Shown here piece after piece: positions 1-12,018 of a DNA stretch of 64,000 nt (its first letter is position 1; the number at the start of each line of letters is the position of its first letter). Origin of the DNA: Marsupella aquatica (lineage: Eukaryota > Plantae > Marchantiophyta); assembly GCA_973895155.1 (NCBI GenBank), contig OZ316895.1, positions 14,070,225-14,134,224 on the forward strand, in the 5' to 3' direction. A program made the position numbers and the translations under genes. Under the pieces are notes generated by a model. The model did not search any database. It worked only from the letters and a program-made list of their open reading frames with translations, and was not told the origin of the DNA.

Positions 1-689
1 TTACGGATCATGACAAGTGCAGTCCTACAAGTTCTTCCATTTTCCAAGAAGAAACTCCGAAACAGAATCGAAATAAAGGGGGCCCTATCCACCATCCTAG
101 ACAAATGCATGCAATTGTTAATCTTGGAGAATGGCAGCAAATATCACACACCCAACTTGACCACGATCAGTCTGATCGGAAGTTGACTGACCTCCATTAA
201 CAGAACCCTTGCGATGAGCACGGCACTTTTTCCGCCCCACAACAGCAGCGGTTTGATCTCTGCCCCAAACTTTTAACAACCCCAAACATGCATATACGTC
301 AGAGAAACGAAAATAATTGGAATTCACGAGAGCATTGCTCAAGTAACTGTGACAAAAAGTCAAGACGACTTGTGGGCAGTCCGAAACAGCACACAAGCCT
401 TAGAAACAAAAGGCTAACCAAGAAGTTGTCGAGAAAGTTCACTCTGCTGGTTCACAATCAAGACAAGACCCATTCACGACATGACCTTCGTTCTGCTAGA
501 ATTAGGCCGATACATTATGTCCTACGGCTCAGTTTGCTACCATACTGGTAGAAAGGTGAAGGAGGGCACTCGAACTTGGCTAGAAACCCTTGCTGACTAA
601 TCGAGCACACGTCAAGGTTTGGAAGTCGGTTTTTCAAGGCTCTGAATTCTACATTTCTAACAACGAATGACTAGCATTGCTTAGAAGAT

Positions 690-1205
690 ATGGTAGACCT
701 AAAAGCTGTCTCAGTAAAACTTCCGATCAAAGTTCATAAATCCTTCCCTTTGTCTGATAACCAAACTCGTTCTTCGCCATCACTCAAAATAAGTAAAAAT
801 TGCAACCTAGGGTAGGCAGGTGATGAAACCAGTTCTTCTTCACACGCCTCTGCAGCAAAATTACTTGAGGACTTCGTGTATCTTCACGGAATTCCACTAA
901 ATTCACTCAGAGTGCAATGTATGACTATCTCTGCTTTCCGGAAACCATGGTAGACCTAAAATCCATCCTCTCGCTCATCCTCTCAGTGTACAATCACCAT
1001 TGCCACCTTACGTATCGATCAAATTAAATAAATTCTTCCTCTGTCTAGTAAATAAACAGTTCCTTCTCCGCCCGGATTCGAAAATCTGTGAAATTGCAAG
1101 CTGGGGGGGCAAGTGATGAACTCAAATTCTGCTTTACTTGCCTCTGCAGCACAAAACTACTGGACCACTTCGTATATCGTCACAGAATTCCACAGAATTC
1201 ACTGA
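690..1205. repeat. Diverged tandem duplication of about 250 bp
   Basis: Both copies (about 690-910 and 947-1205) start ATGGTAGACCTAAAA and share AAATTGCAA..GGG..GCA.GTGATGAA, GCCTCTGCAGCA and CTTCGT.TATC.TCAC.GAATTCCAC in the same order. Confidence 0.8.
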
Positions 1206-1785
1206 ATCCATGAACAGAAGGAAGGCCGTGGTCAATTGAGGGCGCGTGAGACAGAGGTTCCGGGGCTACTCACCGTAGGAGGACTGGGTGAGCCAGTCGT
1301 GGAGAGATCCTGAGACGAGCGCCATGGTCGCGCTCTGGATGCGGGTGGGGAAGGGAAAAATGTCGCTCTTCGTCGATACGAATTATGAGAATGTGGTGGG
1401 CGATGGAGTGGAGCTCTAATGTTCTTTGCTTTCTTCAACTCTTCGTTTGGGATCTTGTGTCGCATCTTTCTGGTATCAAATGCGTGGAATAATTCACTAC
1501 ACTAGTTTGGCATTGCACAATTAATCATCCACATTAATCCACATTAACGTTAATTAAGGGTCGTTCGATGATTTGGGTCGTTCGATGATTTTTACTGCTC
1601 TTCCCTTCCCAGGGCTTGCCACGTAGGCAGCTTTATATCTCATTATTTTATACCTTGTTTTGTGGTGTATTTGTATGGTTGAAGTTGAGCACACTGCACA
1701 GCCGCAAGGGTCAGAAGTAGCGTCTGCACCATATAGACTAATCCCAACCGTTTATCTAAGGTACGACCACTTGACGTATATTTAG

Positions 1786-1891
1786 GGTCCTTCATTGCTG
1801 CTTAATGGAGCAATGAGGCTCCCGTACGCCTCCCCGCTGCGGGTCGGCATGCAGTCGCCCCATATGCTCCATTAAGGAGCATATCAAGACC
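1786..1891. other. Imperfect inverted repeat (stem-loop)
   Basis: TGCTGCTTAATGGAGCA (1796-1812) is the reverse complement of TGCTCCATTAAGGAGCA (1865-1881) at 16/17 positions, with weaker pairing on both sides. Confidence 0.7.
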
Positions 1892-2525
1892 GGGTCGTCT
1901 GTGTGCTCTTTCAGGTTTCGTGGCTTTATGCTGATGCCAAGACAACATTTGTTGACTTGATTATATCTCATTAATTATCCTGTGTCACACCTTTTTGGTA
2001 TCAAATACGAGTAATAATACTTATGCTTCACTACACTAGTTTGGCATTGCACAATTCAGCACAATTAATCATCAACATTAAGGTAGTCTCCGTGTTTCAT
2101 TAAGCCAGTCGTGGAGAGATCCTGAGATCCGTGTTTCAGGTTTGGGGGCAAAGGTAGTCTCCGTGTTTTTCCAGGTTTGGGGCTTTAGGCGGCTGCTACC
2201 ACTACATCACTTTCTGACTTGATTATATCTCATTAGTTATTATCATAGTTTTATATTATATATACATGGTCGACATTACAACCTGACTTCTCAGGATCAG
2301 TATTTGACAGCCGATGGTGATTACAGCGCTACTGCTCTCAAATGCTAATGGCAACAAATCAGTGTTGAACCACACAAATACCCTTAACGTGCAACTAAGG
2401 GCACTTGCTTGTTTCTTTGTCAGTATTTTGCCTACCAGATATGGTCTTCCATGTCCGTTCGTTGACCATATATGGTCGACCAAATACCTCATTAAGAAAC
2501 ATCCATGTCCTTAGTTACATACATC

Positions 2526-2709
2526 TTTTTTGCCTTGAAAACCAAAAGCAGGCCCATCCAACATAACCCATCCAACAAAGTACTCTGCAACATGCAATTC
2601 TATGTAGGGTAGCCACAAGGGGAACCAGTAGAGAAAGAGGTTTAAACTAGGGCCCCAAAGGGGCAACCAGGGGCTGAGGAGATAACCAATACTTCCACCA
2701 CTACACCCT

Positions 2710-2740
<31 letters not shown>

Positions 2741-2823
2741 CCACACCCCTTGTGTGTGGAGGGGGAGATTGAATCTAAAACCGCTCGGTTCTAGGCTTAT
2801 CCCTTAGCCAACTGACCAAAGAT
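2526..2823 (-). mobile_element. tRNA-derived SINE, copy 1
   Basis: Reverse complement is colinear with the element at 55794-56206: A-box TGGTCAGTTGG, degenerate B-box AGATTCAATC, (GT)n core, 3' GTTGGATGGGCCTGCTTTTGGTTTTCAAGGC and an A tail. Confidence 0.85.
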
Positions 2824-2929
2824 AGATCAACATCTCATTTCATCCTTTGACAATTGGCACTTTGCCTCATGAAGGCTATGCACCAAAGTCTACTGTCATA
2901 TTTATAAAGCACCAAATGAAGCTAGAGTT

Positions 2930-4200
2930 GGGGTCTATGTAGAGTAAAGCCTCTAGAAGGCAACCCTCGGTATAGACTAAACTATAATAAGTACGAATTG
3001 AAGAGGAACACCAAACACAGGGATGGGGGTAAAGATAAAAGGGAACAACATAGATTCATTTGCAAGATTTTTTTGGTTTTTAGCTTTATTAACATTCAAA
3101 AATGGACATTCAGGCTTGTACTCTTTGCTAGTCAATGCTTTGTTGAGTTGGGATACAATCTAGACAGAACAAGGTAATGTGAACACATGTTTTGACAGCA
3201 ACACTACACGTATGCGGTTCACCTTGTCTGGGTTACATCAACAACCATGAGAGAAATCTAAGAATAAAAACTCTTAGCTAGCCAACATGCTAGAGTTCTT
3301 CCTTTTACCCTCTTTCTCCTTCCGCTAAAGAATGAACCTGTCCTAGTCTATTAAAGCCTAACTAGTACTATGGAAATTAACTAGTATTGTCTAGAGGCAT
3401 AACTTACCATGTTGCCTGCATCCATCGATCAAATCTAATGAGTCCCTTGGGAGGTCCCTTGTAACTGCAATGCACCATTGTCCACTATCCTCTTGGTTAG
3501 CCAACGCATGCATCCGTCAATCAAAACCAACATTGTGAGTTCTCAAAGGTTTCAAGAGTTTGTTTTAGTGTCCCGTGTGGAAAATCGGATGGAGGCTAAA
3601 GCAGCTGTCCAACATTCCATGGACCCAGGATCAGGCATTACTTCTTGAAGGCCAACCTTGGTCATCTACTAATTCATTCAGGCATGGGTGGAGGTGACAC
3701 AAATGAACAAAGCCCTGATGCTGCATATGAGGACCTGGATGATGATGCGGAACCTCTGGGATCTTCATATAGACCGCCATCAACCAACCAAGATCCACCA
3801 ACTCCTGTTGAGACTGGTCATATGGGTAGGGATCGAGACACCCCCTCTCAACCAACACCCTCCCCCAACCCTAGCCCAGTGGGAAGAAGCCCAGCCTCTG
3901 TCACTGGACAATAGCATGATGGCCCATCAAAGCAATTGCGGAGGATCATCTGGCAAGAAGGGAGGAGCACAATGAACTCCTCGTGCATTTAACAACAAGA
4001 GACATGTCGACACCTTGTCTGCTCAAGCTGAAGCCACTTGATTTGCCTGTCACACAGGGATAGATGTGGCCAATGCTCTTGCATTCATTGCGGACTCAGT
4101 TAAGTACCTTGTAGACGAGGTAAGACAATCAACAGACACTTCGCAACCTACTTTTGGCACTCCTCTTTGTGAACATCAAGTGGGACAAAAATGTGAATAG
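2930..4200 (+). pseudogene. Decayed putative second ORF of the Harbinger element
   Basis: Broken coding-like frames (acidic/Pro-rich 3645-3914; C-terminal GIDVANALAFIADSVKYLVDEVRQ...CE* ending at 4200) lie convergent with the transposase, as expected for a two-gene PIF/Harbinger layout. No domain is securely recognisable. Confidence 0.35.
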
Positions 4201-4619
4201 GAATAGGCTTTGGACAAGTTTTTGAGTTAAACAATGATCACTTGTGCCAAAATATTTTCTGTTTTGTATGTGACAAGATTGAATCTGCACAATTTTGAAC
4301 TGAATAAGCTGCTTTTGTTTCTATGGTTTGATGTTTTGTAAGTGACAGATACAATGTGCACAAGATTGTTTGCTTCTATGAAGTTAGTGTGATGTTATAA
4401 GTGACTACCTTACCAATATGTAAGCTTTATGAGTGGAAATGTGAACAATCTTGTGCTGGTAAACAATCTTGTGCTGCTAAATGAATATACATTTCAGACT
4501 CCATGGCCAATGCAAAATGAAAGGTGATGGAAGCTTTCTGACAAACAAGAAGTATTACAATTATAAAGACAAGTCACATTACAAGAGATGGCTCCAAAAG
4601 TGAGAAAAATTGAAGATCC

Positions 4620-6330
4620 AAGTGCCCACTGGAAAATTCTAACATTCCTCACTATTCTACATGGTCCATTAAAGCCATAAATTTAAGCCATCCATGCTTT
4701 CGGTCCCCCATAATACATTTTCCTGTTGGGACGTTGGACCCCTACATAGCCTGGTCGGTGCGGTGGATAATGCTGCCAAATAACATTTGATAGTCCATTA
4801 GTCCTATCTATAATCAAATTGTGAAGAACACAACAATAATATATCATAGGTCCAAGTTGTTCAATCCAAGGCTTCCACAATATTCTACTTAGAATTCTCT
4901 AGGTCCCTTTCAATCTTCCAAAAGCCCTTTCCACACCCATTCTAGTGCTTGACAACTAATTAAAAGCATCTGTTTGTTTAGACACACCTCTTGGAAAAGG
5001 AACAATGAGCCAAGGTAGAAGAGGGTACCTTGCATCCCCCATAATGTAGTCTTGAAGCATCCTACCATCTTCACAATGAAATAGAGGCCCGGCCAATTGA
5101 GTATGTTGCTGTGTGACTTGGTAATAGAATTTGGATATCCTCATCAATCTAGTATCCTGTATGCTTCCTGACAGTCCACAACATACATCAAGAAATCTCA
5201 ATCTTTGGTCACAAATTTCCTGTATGGAGACTGAGAGTTTGTGCTTCCAATCATAGTATTGAGTAGAGTCCTCGGGGGGGTCACTATATGGAGGGCCATA
5301 CATCGCGTGCAACGTTTTAGGGTTTGAGCCCCCTAACTTATAAGTGAAAAATATTTTTTTGCAAAGCCCTTTGTTTCTTTAAATTTTGTCATTTTTTTTA
5401 TTAAAAAACCCCTAAAAACTTTAAAGAAATTATTTTTTGCAATTAAATAGGCCTATATGTTTTTTAAAGTCGACCAGTCAATAAAACATACCCTATATGT
5501 TCTTCCACCAAACTTCGGAAGTCTTCCGCCACACCCATTTAAATGGGCCTATACTTCGTTGCACGTGATGTGCCACTTCCGTGGAAGTGACCCCCCCCCG
5601 GAGGTAGAGTCCTCACCAAATGGTACCTCAATAGGCAAATGAGTGCCGATCAATAGCTCCACATCAATTGGGAAAACCCCATCTGTCCTGAAATCCGTGT
5701 TTCACTTCACGAAGACCTGTCTCATCTGGCCACCGAATAACTTGTGCAACCCTTCTTCGTAAAGAGGAAATGAATTTCCAAGTGACCTTCACAACAGAAC
5801 TTTTGGAAACTCCAAACAATTCACCTAGTGTCAAAAATGTATCACCGGTAGTCAGGCATCTTAAGGCAATAGCAACTTGCGTCATGGGTTGCCTCATTAC
5901 CAATAGATGTATGTTAGACAGGATTCTCAATGAAACATGAGGATCTGTGACCATATTGTCATGCACAAGCCCATAGATGTAGAAAAATAATGGGGGACTA
6001 ATTTGAAGAAACTCTTGAAAATGGTGAGGATCCTCCCAAGGTGTGTCATCAATCCAAATTATCAATCTCTATCGCATGTGGGGCTTAATGTACCACTAAT
6101 CAACAATTTGTCTTGGTCGGACAATCATGGACTAACCCCAACGGCTTGCAAAAAGGAGGGCACCATGTGAGAAAATATAAGAGCTCTACATAGTGTTGAC
6201 GGGGTGAGTGAACTGTTGTCCATGGAGTCTAGTAAAAAATAGTTGGGACTCTCAAACAAGGCCATCATGATCAGGTGGACAACTGTGGCAATTGAGGTCA
6301 TCAACAAAGCTAGTGTTCTCAATATTGAAT
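4620..6330 (-). mobile_element. PIF/Harbinger (HARBI1-like, DDE_Tnp_4) transposase pseudogene
   Basis: Joined frames give QVAIALRCLTTG...FGVSKSSV...IRWP...GFPN*CGAID..HLPI...YYDWKHKLSVSIQEICDQRLRFLDV..G.SGSIQD...IMGDARYPLLPWLIVPF...AFN..SSTRMGVEKAFGRLKG...CCVLHNL, the typical Harbinger motif series. It carries stops, frameshifts and a MITE insertion. Element TIRs were not found. Confidence 0.92.
5271..5603. mobile_element. 333-bp MITE with 8-bp TSD (hAT-like) inserted in the transposase
   Basis: TSD GTAGAGTC at 5263-5270 and 5604-5611. Termini CTCGGGGGGGTCACT and AGTGACCCCCCCCCGGAG, with a subterminal inverted CATC(G/A)CGTGCAACG and an AT-rich interior. Removing the element and one TSD restores VPFGEDSTQYYDWK. 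Confidence 0.9.
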
Positions 6331-7499
6331 GAAATGCTTGTGGCCCAAGATTAGGTTGGAACCTGCGAGGAGGAGTCTACCTTGGGTTGTTGTACTATCA
6401 AGAGATTGATTGAGATCAGGGAGGTCTGGCTGTTGCAACACATGACCATCAAAATCAACCCCTTCCATGAGAATACTTGGGAGAATACTCATAGGATAGC
6501 TCTTGCCTGCCATGAAGAAACAAGGAACGAGATTCTATGTTGATTAATTGTTGAGGACCGACTGGACAATAGACAACACATCAATTGCAGACAAGTGATT
6601 AAATTTGACACACTCAGGAGTGCTCTTTGTTCACGCATTTTGCGAATTCCACTAGACCTGCAAGCATTGTATGTAATTTGAGCAATCAATTTGAGGAACA
6701 AGCATTGTACATACCTCAAACAAAATCCAATTTCGCACAGTCAAACTTGCAGTCGAACTTCAAGGCTGGAAAAAGAGCTGAGACTCCATGTCTCCCCTTG
6801 CTATCACCTCCATGTCAGCGGACCTGTAGCCCATCTAGCTATGAAATTATCCTCATGTCTATTGGGCAAGCTGCTAATGAGAGAGTGGACATTAAATCGA
6901 TCAATAAATCACAATTGATTTAGGGATGACAGCAACATACTATATTTTATTCTGTCAAATTTAAGAACTTTCATCCCAGATTAAAAGAATATCTACACTG
7001 ACACAAGGCAGGTTACAATGGCAAATGTAGGGGATGAGCATTCAGCAAGGCAATCTGGTGGCTGGTCGGGCCAGCTCAAGCTATGGTGTCGCGGCCCAAC
7101 AGCATTTCAGGCTCGTTTTGGGCTCGTTGCCTCTGAGCGCGTTTTGCATCGTCGTCGGGCTCCAAGTTGGGGCCCGGGTGGAAAGGGGCTGGGCCGGGCC
7201 ACGGAGACGGGTCTGCAGCAAACATGCCCGGTTAGGGAGACCAGAGGGCATCGGGGGTGAGGGGTGGGGAGCTGCTTTGCAGTCGCCCCATGCAACTGTA
7301 GAGCAGTCACGCCAACTACCTCCCAACAGGCTGGAGGCGTCAGGCCGCGAGAACGGGCTCCCCCCTACCCCTACATGCATGTAACCTTTCTCTTAGTAAA
7401 TTCCTATAGTTTGAGGGTCAGGTTAGTCAAAAGCTCTTCTAACAAAGTGATTCTATCTCATCCACGCCCTCTCGTTGTCGCTTCCACCTTGCTGCAGGC

Positions 7500-7740
7500 C
7501 TATTCATTGCTACTACTTGCTGCTCCTCAATGTTGCTGCTGCTTGAAGCTCTAATCAATGCTGCTACTAAGCTCAATGCTGCTATTCAAAGCTCGAAGTC
7601 CTATACCATGCTGCTAGATTTGCCTTTGCTACTCAAAGCTCAATGCTGCTAGCTGGGCCTCAATGCTAGCCAAATGCTAGACTTGAAGCTATAGCTGGCT
7701 GCTACTTGAAGTTCAATGCTGGTGCCACCTTGCTGCTCCT
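7500..7740. repeat. Degenerate short tandem repeat (AAGCTCAATGCTGCTA-like)
   Basis: The motif CTCAATGCTGCT/CTTGAAGCT recurs at least six times. Confidence 0.65.
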
Positions 7741-8155
7741 ACCTCACCAAAAGACAAGCCAGTGTGAAGACTCTGATACTCCCAAAGTTTGCTTTCATTG
7801 TTTCACCCTGCAAACTAGTCTTGTGTATTTTAATTCCTTGGCGCAAAAGTTAAGTCACCTGGGTAATGAGTGAACTGGCTTTCACCCTCTAATACTTCCC
7901 CCTAGTACTTCATTTAAGGGAAACTCTATCATATACTTTGTTTGGCCTTTGCCTCGTCTTCTTCTTCCCCTAGTCTTCCCCTATGCATAATTAATTAAAT
8001 TATTATTCTCTGCTCATCTTGTTCCCTAAGGCATAAATAATTAGTATTCTCCTTGCTGCCTGATGTGGCACTGCACTCGTGGCAATAACCCAATTAGTGC
8101 AACAACACGTGCCGAGCTCCCATTGGTGCCCCGTTGTCATGGGAGCGTTCGTTCG

Positions 8156-8235
8156 TTCTTCTCTTTTTTTTATTCTCTTCTCCTCTCTTCTCTTCTCTTC
8201 TCTTCTCTCTCCTTCTTCGTTTCTTCTTCCCCCTC
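8156..8235 (+). promoter_or_regulatory. Pyrimidine (CT/CTT) tract, likely start of the long 5' leader of the gene at 10102
   Basis: Near-pure pyrimidine run. A candidate leader intron ends CTCCCCTCCAG at 9912. Assignment to the gene is inferred. Confidence 0.4.
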
Positions 8236-10101
8236 GTCAGTTCTTCCATTCCGCTTTCCTGTCTTTCCGCTTGACTGATGATGATCGGTTTCCTGCTTCC
8301 TAATAAGCGGTGGGTTCATTGATTGGGATTCGTTTCTCCGCTCATTAGCTCGGCTAATTCAATGGCTTGCCCTCCCACCCCAATTCCTTCACCATGTTTC
8401 CAACTGTAGAGTTTCTTCCACAATCCTGGGAATGGCTAAACGCCTCAACTTGATTTGGCTCGGCTTTATGGCTGGTTTCGCCTTCTTCCGCAATTTACCC
8501 ACCCAGTTGCCTTCTTCATGAATCCAATCTAGTCTACCCGTTTTAGAGTATCTTGCATAATTAAGTCACCGAACTTTTTGGCTTTTCTCTGTCTCTCTTC
8601 CTCTCTGTTGGCGTTCATTCGCTCGTTCCTGGTCTAGATGCCCGATTGGATCAGCCGAAAATTCCATGCATTCGGTGAGAGTCGCTCTTTGTCGACCTGG
8701 ATGCGTAGTATCATGAATTCAATTTCGGAGCTCTGAAAAAGCACTGTTTCGAATTGGCCGGTAGGAGGTTCTGCCTTAGAAGGAGACAGCCAGCCTTGGA
8801 AATGGGTCTTCCCACAGTCTGAACATGCGATTCCTCGTGGTATAACTCTCTCTCAACCATTGAAGATTGCAGTGTTTTCGGTTCTGCCTTGCGGAGATGG
8901 AGATGCCGGGGTAGGGAGGAGAGACGACGGAAAATTGAATTTGGTATGGGTTATTCGGGGGTGAAGGCAATATTGGCCATGGAGGGGAATTACCATCAAG
9001 AGCGAGTGACGCCAGGAGGAGCAAGAGGCGCGGGGTTGCTCGATAGGCGCATTTTCGGAAGGGCGTCCTGCTGTTTCTCAAGAGTTTTGTGACGAATTGC
9101 ATGAATTGTTGGTGAGGATGAGATTAATTGGTTGTCTACTACTCTGTCGTTGGACTCCCGTATCGGTGAATTGGGGTCCGGTTTGATGGGATCTGTGCAT
9201 GGCAAGGCTTTTTTCTCAGGGGATTTACTCCTGTTGATTGGCTTGGAGATATCGAAAGTGTGAAAGGTAAAAGCAACTAAGGGCCACTGTACTTCGAGGA
9301 AAGATGATTGATTGAGTGATTAGGTTCACCTATATCCTGGATTCGAAGAGTTATCGCATGGGCGTGAAGGATTCAAAAGGAATGAATGCGTAACAGTTAG
9401 GATTTATTCTTATGCCAGATGATTTTGGCTCGGAATGTAAGATCCTCCTGTTGCAGAGAATTTTGGTTTTGGCAATTTTTCTGGTTCACTTTCTCCTTTC
9501 CTAATACAGTAGCTCTACTTGACAAATTAGACACCTTCCTATTGTGTGGCAACACACACCTCGTGCTCCAGGGTAGTGTGCTGCAGGCAGTTCTGCAGAA
9601 TGTGGGTTGAAGTTTCATCGATTGGCTTACAAGTACCAGCATTCGGACCTGTCCCATCCCACATCCACCAATATCTTTCTTCTTCGATAGCTAAAGGCGG
9701 TTATCTTGGTAGATAGTCTTGTTGAGTTGGTCCCATGAGCCTTTGAGAATGCGGGCAACCATCCCTATTTCTTTAGGGGAGTATGTTATAGCTGTGAGGC
9801 AATTCAGCTCCGTCAATGAATATTCAATGGAAGCCAAGTGCTTTATATCTTGCATCAGTATCAAACCCTTTAATAGATGTAGTCATAGGATAGTCATATC
9901 GTCTCCCCTCCAGGTACTTTACTGCTGCTGCCTTGTTGTTTTTCTGATTGAGTTTAATCTCTTCCCTACTCCATGACTTGAAGAATTTGGCCATCATTCG
10001 TTCTTGCATGGCTGAACTGTGTGGCCACTTTCTCCCTTCGATTTCCAGTTTTGTGACTTCCTACTAGTGTAATTAAGTTGCTCCTCAACCAGTAAATTGA
10101 A

Positions 10102-10623
10102 ATGGGCAAGTTTGAGGAAGAGCCGGGCGGCGGGCTCTTTTCATGTTCCGAGGCTTCAATACGGATCGGAGTGTGCAAGAGCACATGGATGGCGCTCACC
10201 AGTCTGACATACGGGGGATTAGTCTTCTCGGTAACGTTCCTTCTGTCCCAGATAATTCCGCCATTCAGGTTGACCTTAGACAGCTTGCGCGGCTGCTCTA
10301 GTGGACGATGGGGACTCCTGCAATTGTCTCTTCTTCTGGGATCGGAAGTGGGGCTGTTGGGAATTGTAGCCTTCATGACAATGCTGGTGCCAACACTTAT
10401 CATGACTTGGATTACGGCTCTGGTGTTTCAGTACCTTTTTGGACGAAGATTATTTGGCAGACGCGAGGGCCTTGTTCAGGAGGGTTCCCAGATTGCCAAG
10501 GACATCACGTGGATGGCCGTCAAGAGTTTGCTGAGAGAAGCAAACGTTGCTGCGACCTTTGTGCTGATCGTTGCACTGTTGATGTGCGGTTTCAATGCTA
10601 AATATAAGACTGCAGAAATGTGA
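10102..10623 (+). CDS. Single-exon 173-aa multi-pass membrane protein of unknown function
   Basis: ATG in good context (GAAATGGG) and 3-4 hydrophobic segments. The motif VPTLIMTWITALV...GRR..LVQEG..IAKDI....KSLLRE.NVAA resembles an uncharacterised land-plant membrane family from recollection; not searched. Confidence 0.8.
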   Translation: MGKFEEEPGGGLFSCSEASIRIGVCKSTWMALTSLTYGGLVFSVTFLLSQIIPPFRLTLDSLRGCSSGRWGLLQLSLLLGSEVGLLGIVAFMTMLVPTLIMTWITALVFQYLFGRRLFGRREGLVQEGSQIAKDITWMAVKSLLREANVAATFVLIVALLMCGFNAKYKTAEM

Positions 10624-11527
10624 TATTCCTTGACGATTATACGTAATGGAAACTCTTGTGGTATATCTAGCGTGCGTGGTGAGCTGGCTCGGTGAACATT
10701 TGCCCAGCCTTCGTCATAGGAAGGACTCATGGTGCAAAACACTATTCTCTGTCCACTTGAGGCCCAAGCTGCCCTTTCAGGAGATGCTCTCTGAAAGCAG
10801 GTTTCTCATAACTTCCAAAGGCAGCTCACTGATTGCGTCTTGACACAACTTTATCGCAGCGTGGAGGTACCACTGTGGCTCCATTTTTCCATCGTATTGA
10901 TTGAACGGCAAACCCCCAAGTATATATTGATGTTTTGCAACACAGAATGTGAGGAGGGCGGCTTCTCGATCATGCTCACTTTTCACTAGACAAGGACTCA
11001 TTAGGAGCAATTCTTTGTATTGCGTCGTGGTAGGTGATCTGCTTGTCCAGCATCACTGTGCCTTAGCGAAAAGGTTCACAAGGACAACTGAATTTGATAA
11101 ACCGTGTCTTCAAAAGTGTAATTTACTTGTCTGCTTGTACAGATGCTTCCTAAGTATTATGCTTTGAATTCAATTCTGCTCAAGTCAATCAATGTCGACT
11201 TTCCCTCTTCTTCCTTCGCTTTCTATGGCATCTTTCTATGGCATCTGCAAGTAGAAAGATGAAACTATGCCATCGACTTGTACTAGGCTGTTCACAATCA
11301 AAGTGGCCACTACGATGATGTAGTGATATAGTCTATGACGACAACCAGCGAGCCATAGTATGTTTTGCAATGTAATCCTGTGGTCTACTTGGCCTCCATG
11401 CCTGGTTTCGGTTTGAAATATTTCCCTCTCCACGCCTGGTTTTTGTTTGGAATAATTCTCTGTCTTCGCCTAAGAAGAGGATTTTGCAAGCTCAACTAGT
11501 AAGAAAAATTATGAACTCCCTTGTAAT

Positions 11528-11818
11528 CGTAGCCAATTATTAATCTGTGAGATGTTTTTAAGGCCAGAAAAGGACTTGCTCACTGATCAATTTGTAGCCA
11601 ATTATTAATCTGTGAGATGTTTTTAAGGCCAGAAAAGGACTTGCTCACTAACCAATACACCCGAAACATGGATTTTATATGAACCCATTTGTAGCCAATT
11701 ATTAATCTGTGAGATGTTTTTAAGGTCAGAAAAGGACTTGCTCACTGACCAATTTGTAGCCAATCACTAATCTTTGAGATGTTTTTAAGGCCAGAAAAGG
11801 ACTTGCTAACTGACCAAT
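11528..11818. repeat. About 63-bp tandem repeat, 2+2 copies with a 32-35 bp spacer
   Basis: GTAGCCAATTATTAATCTGTGAGATGTTTTTAAGGCCAGAAAAGGACTTGCTCACTGACCAAT occurs four times, nearly identical. Confidence 0.95.
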
Positions 11819-12018
11819 TCGGTGAAGTTGTGACAGTGGATTCAAAAATCAACATTTGCCATGCTTGTCTCGCCAATTACAACATCCATCTCATTTTCAG
11901 GCTGGGGGACGGATGCAGATTTTTTTGAAGACTCACATTATTTTCCTTTAGTTGAACGGGCCTACCTACAAGATGAACCTCCACAGAAGGTTCAGCAGCT
12001 CTTCATTGGAGCCATGTT

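Noticed and set aside
1232-1465. 77-aa Pro/Ser-rich ORF
   Set aside because: Looks like translation of a GC-rich leader or repeat; part of it recurs at 2103-2127.
9656-9666. ATCCCACATCC resembling the snRNA USE element
   Set aside because: One mismatch, no TATA box at the expected spacing and no snRNA sequence downstream.
11528-11818. Repeat-spacer-repeat pattern suggesting CRISPR
   Set aside because: Units are about 63 bp and mostly adjacent with only one spacer; eukaryotic context and no cas genes.
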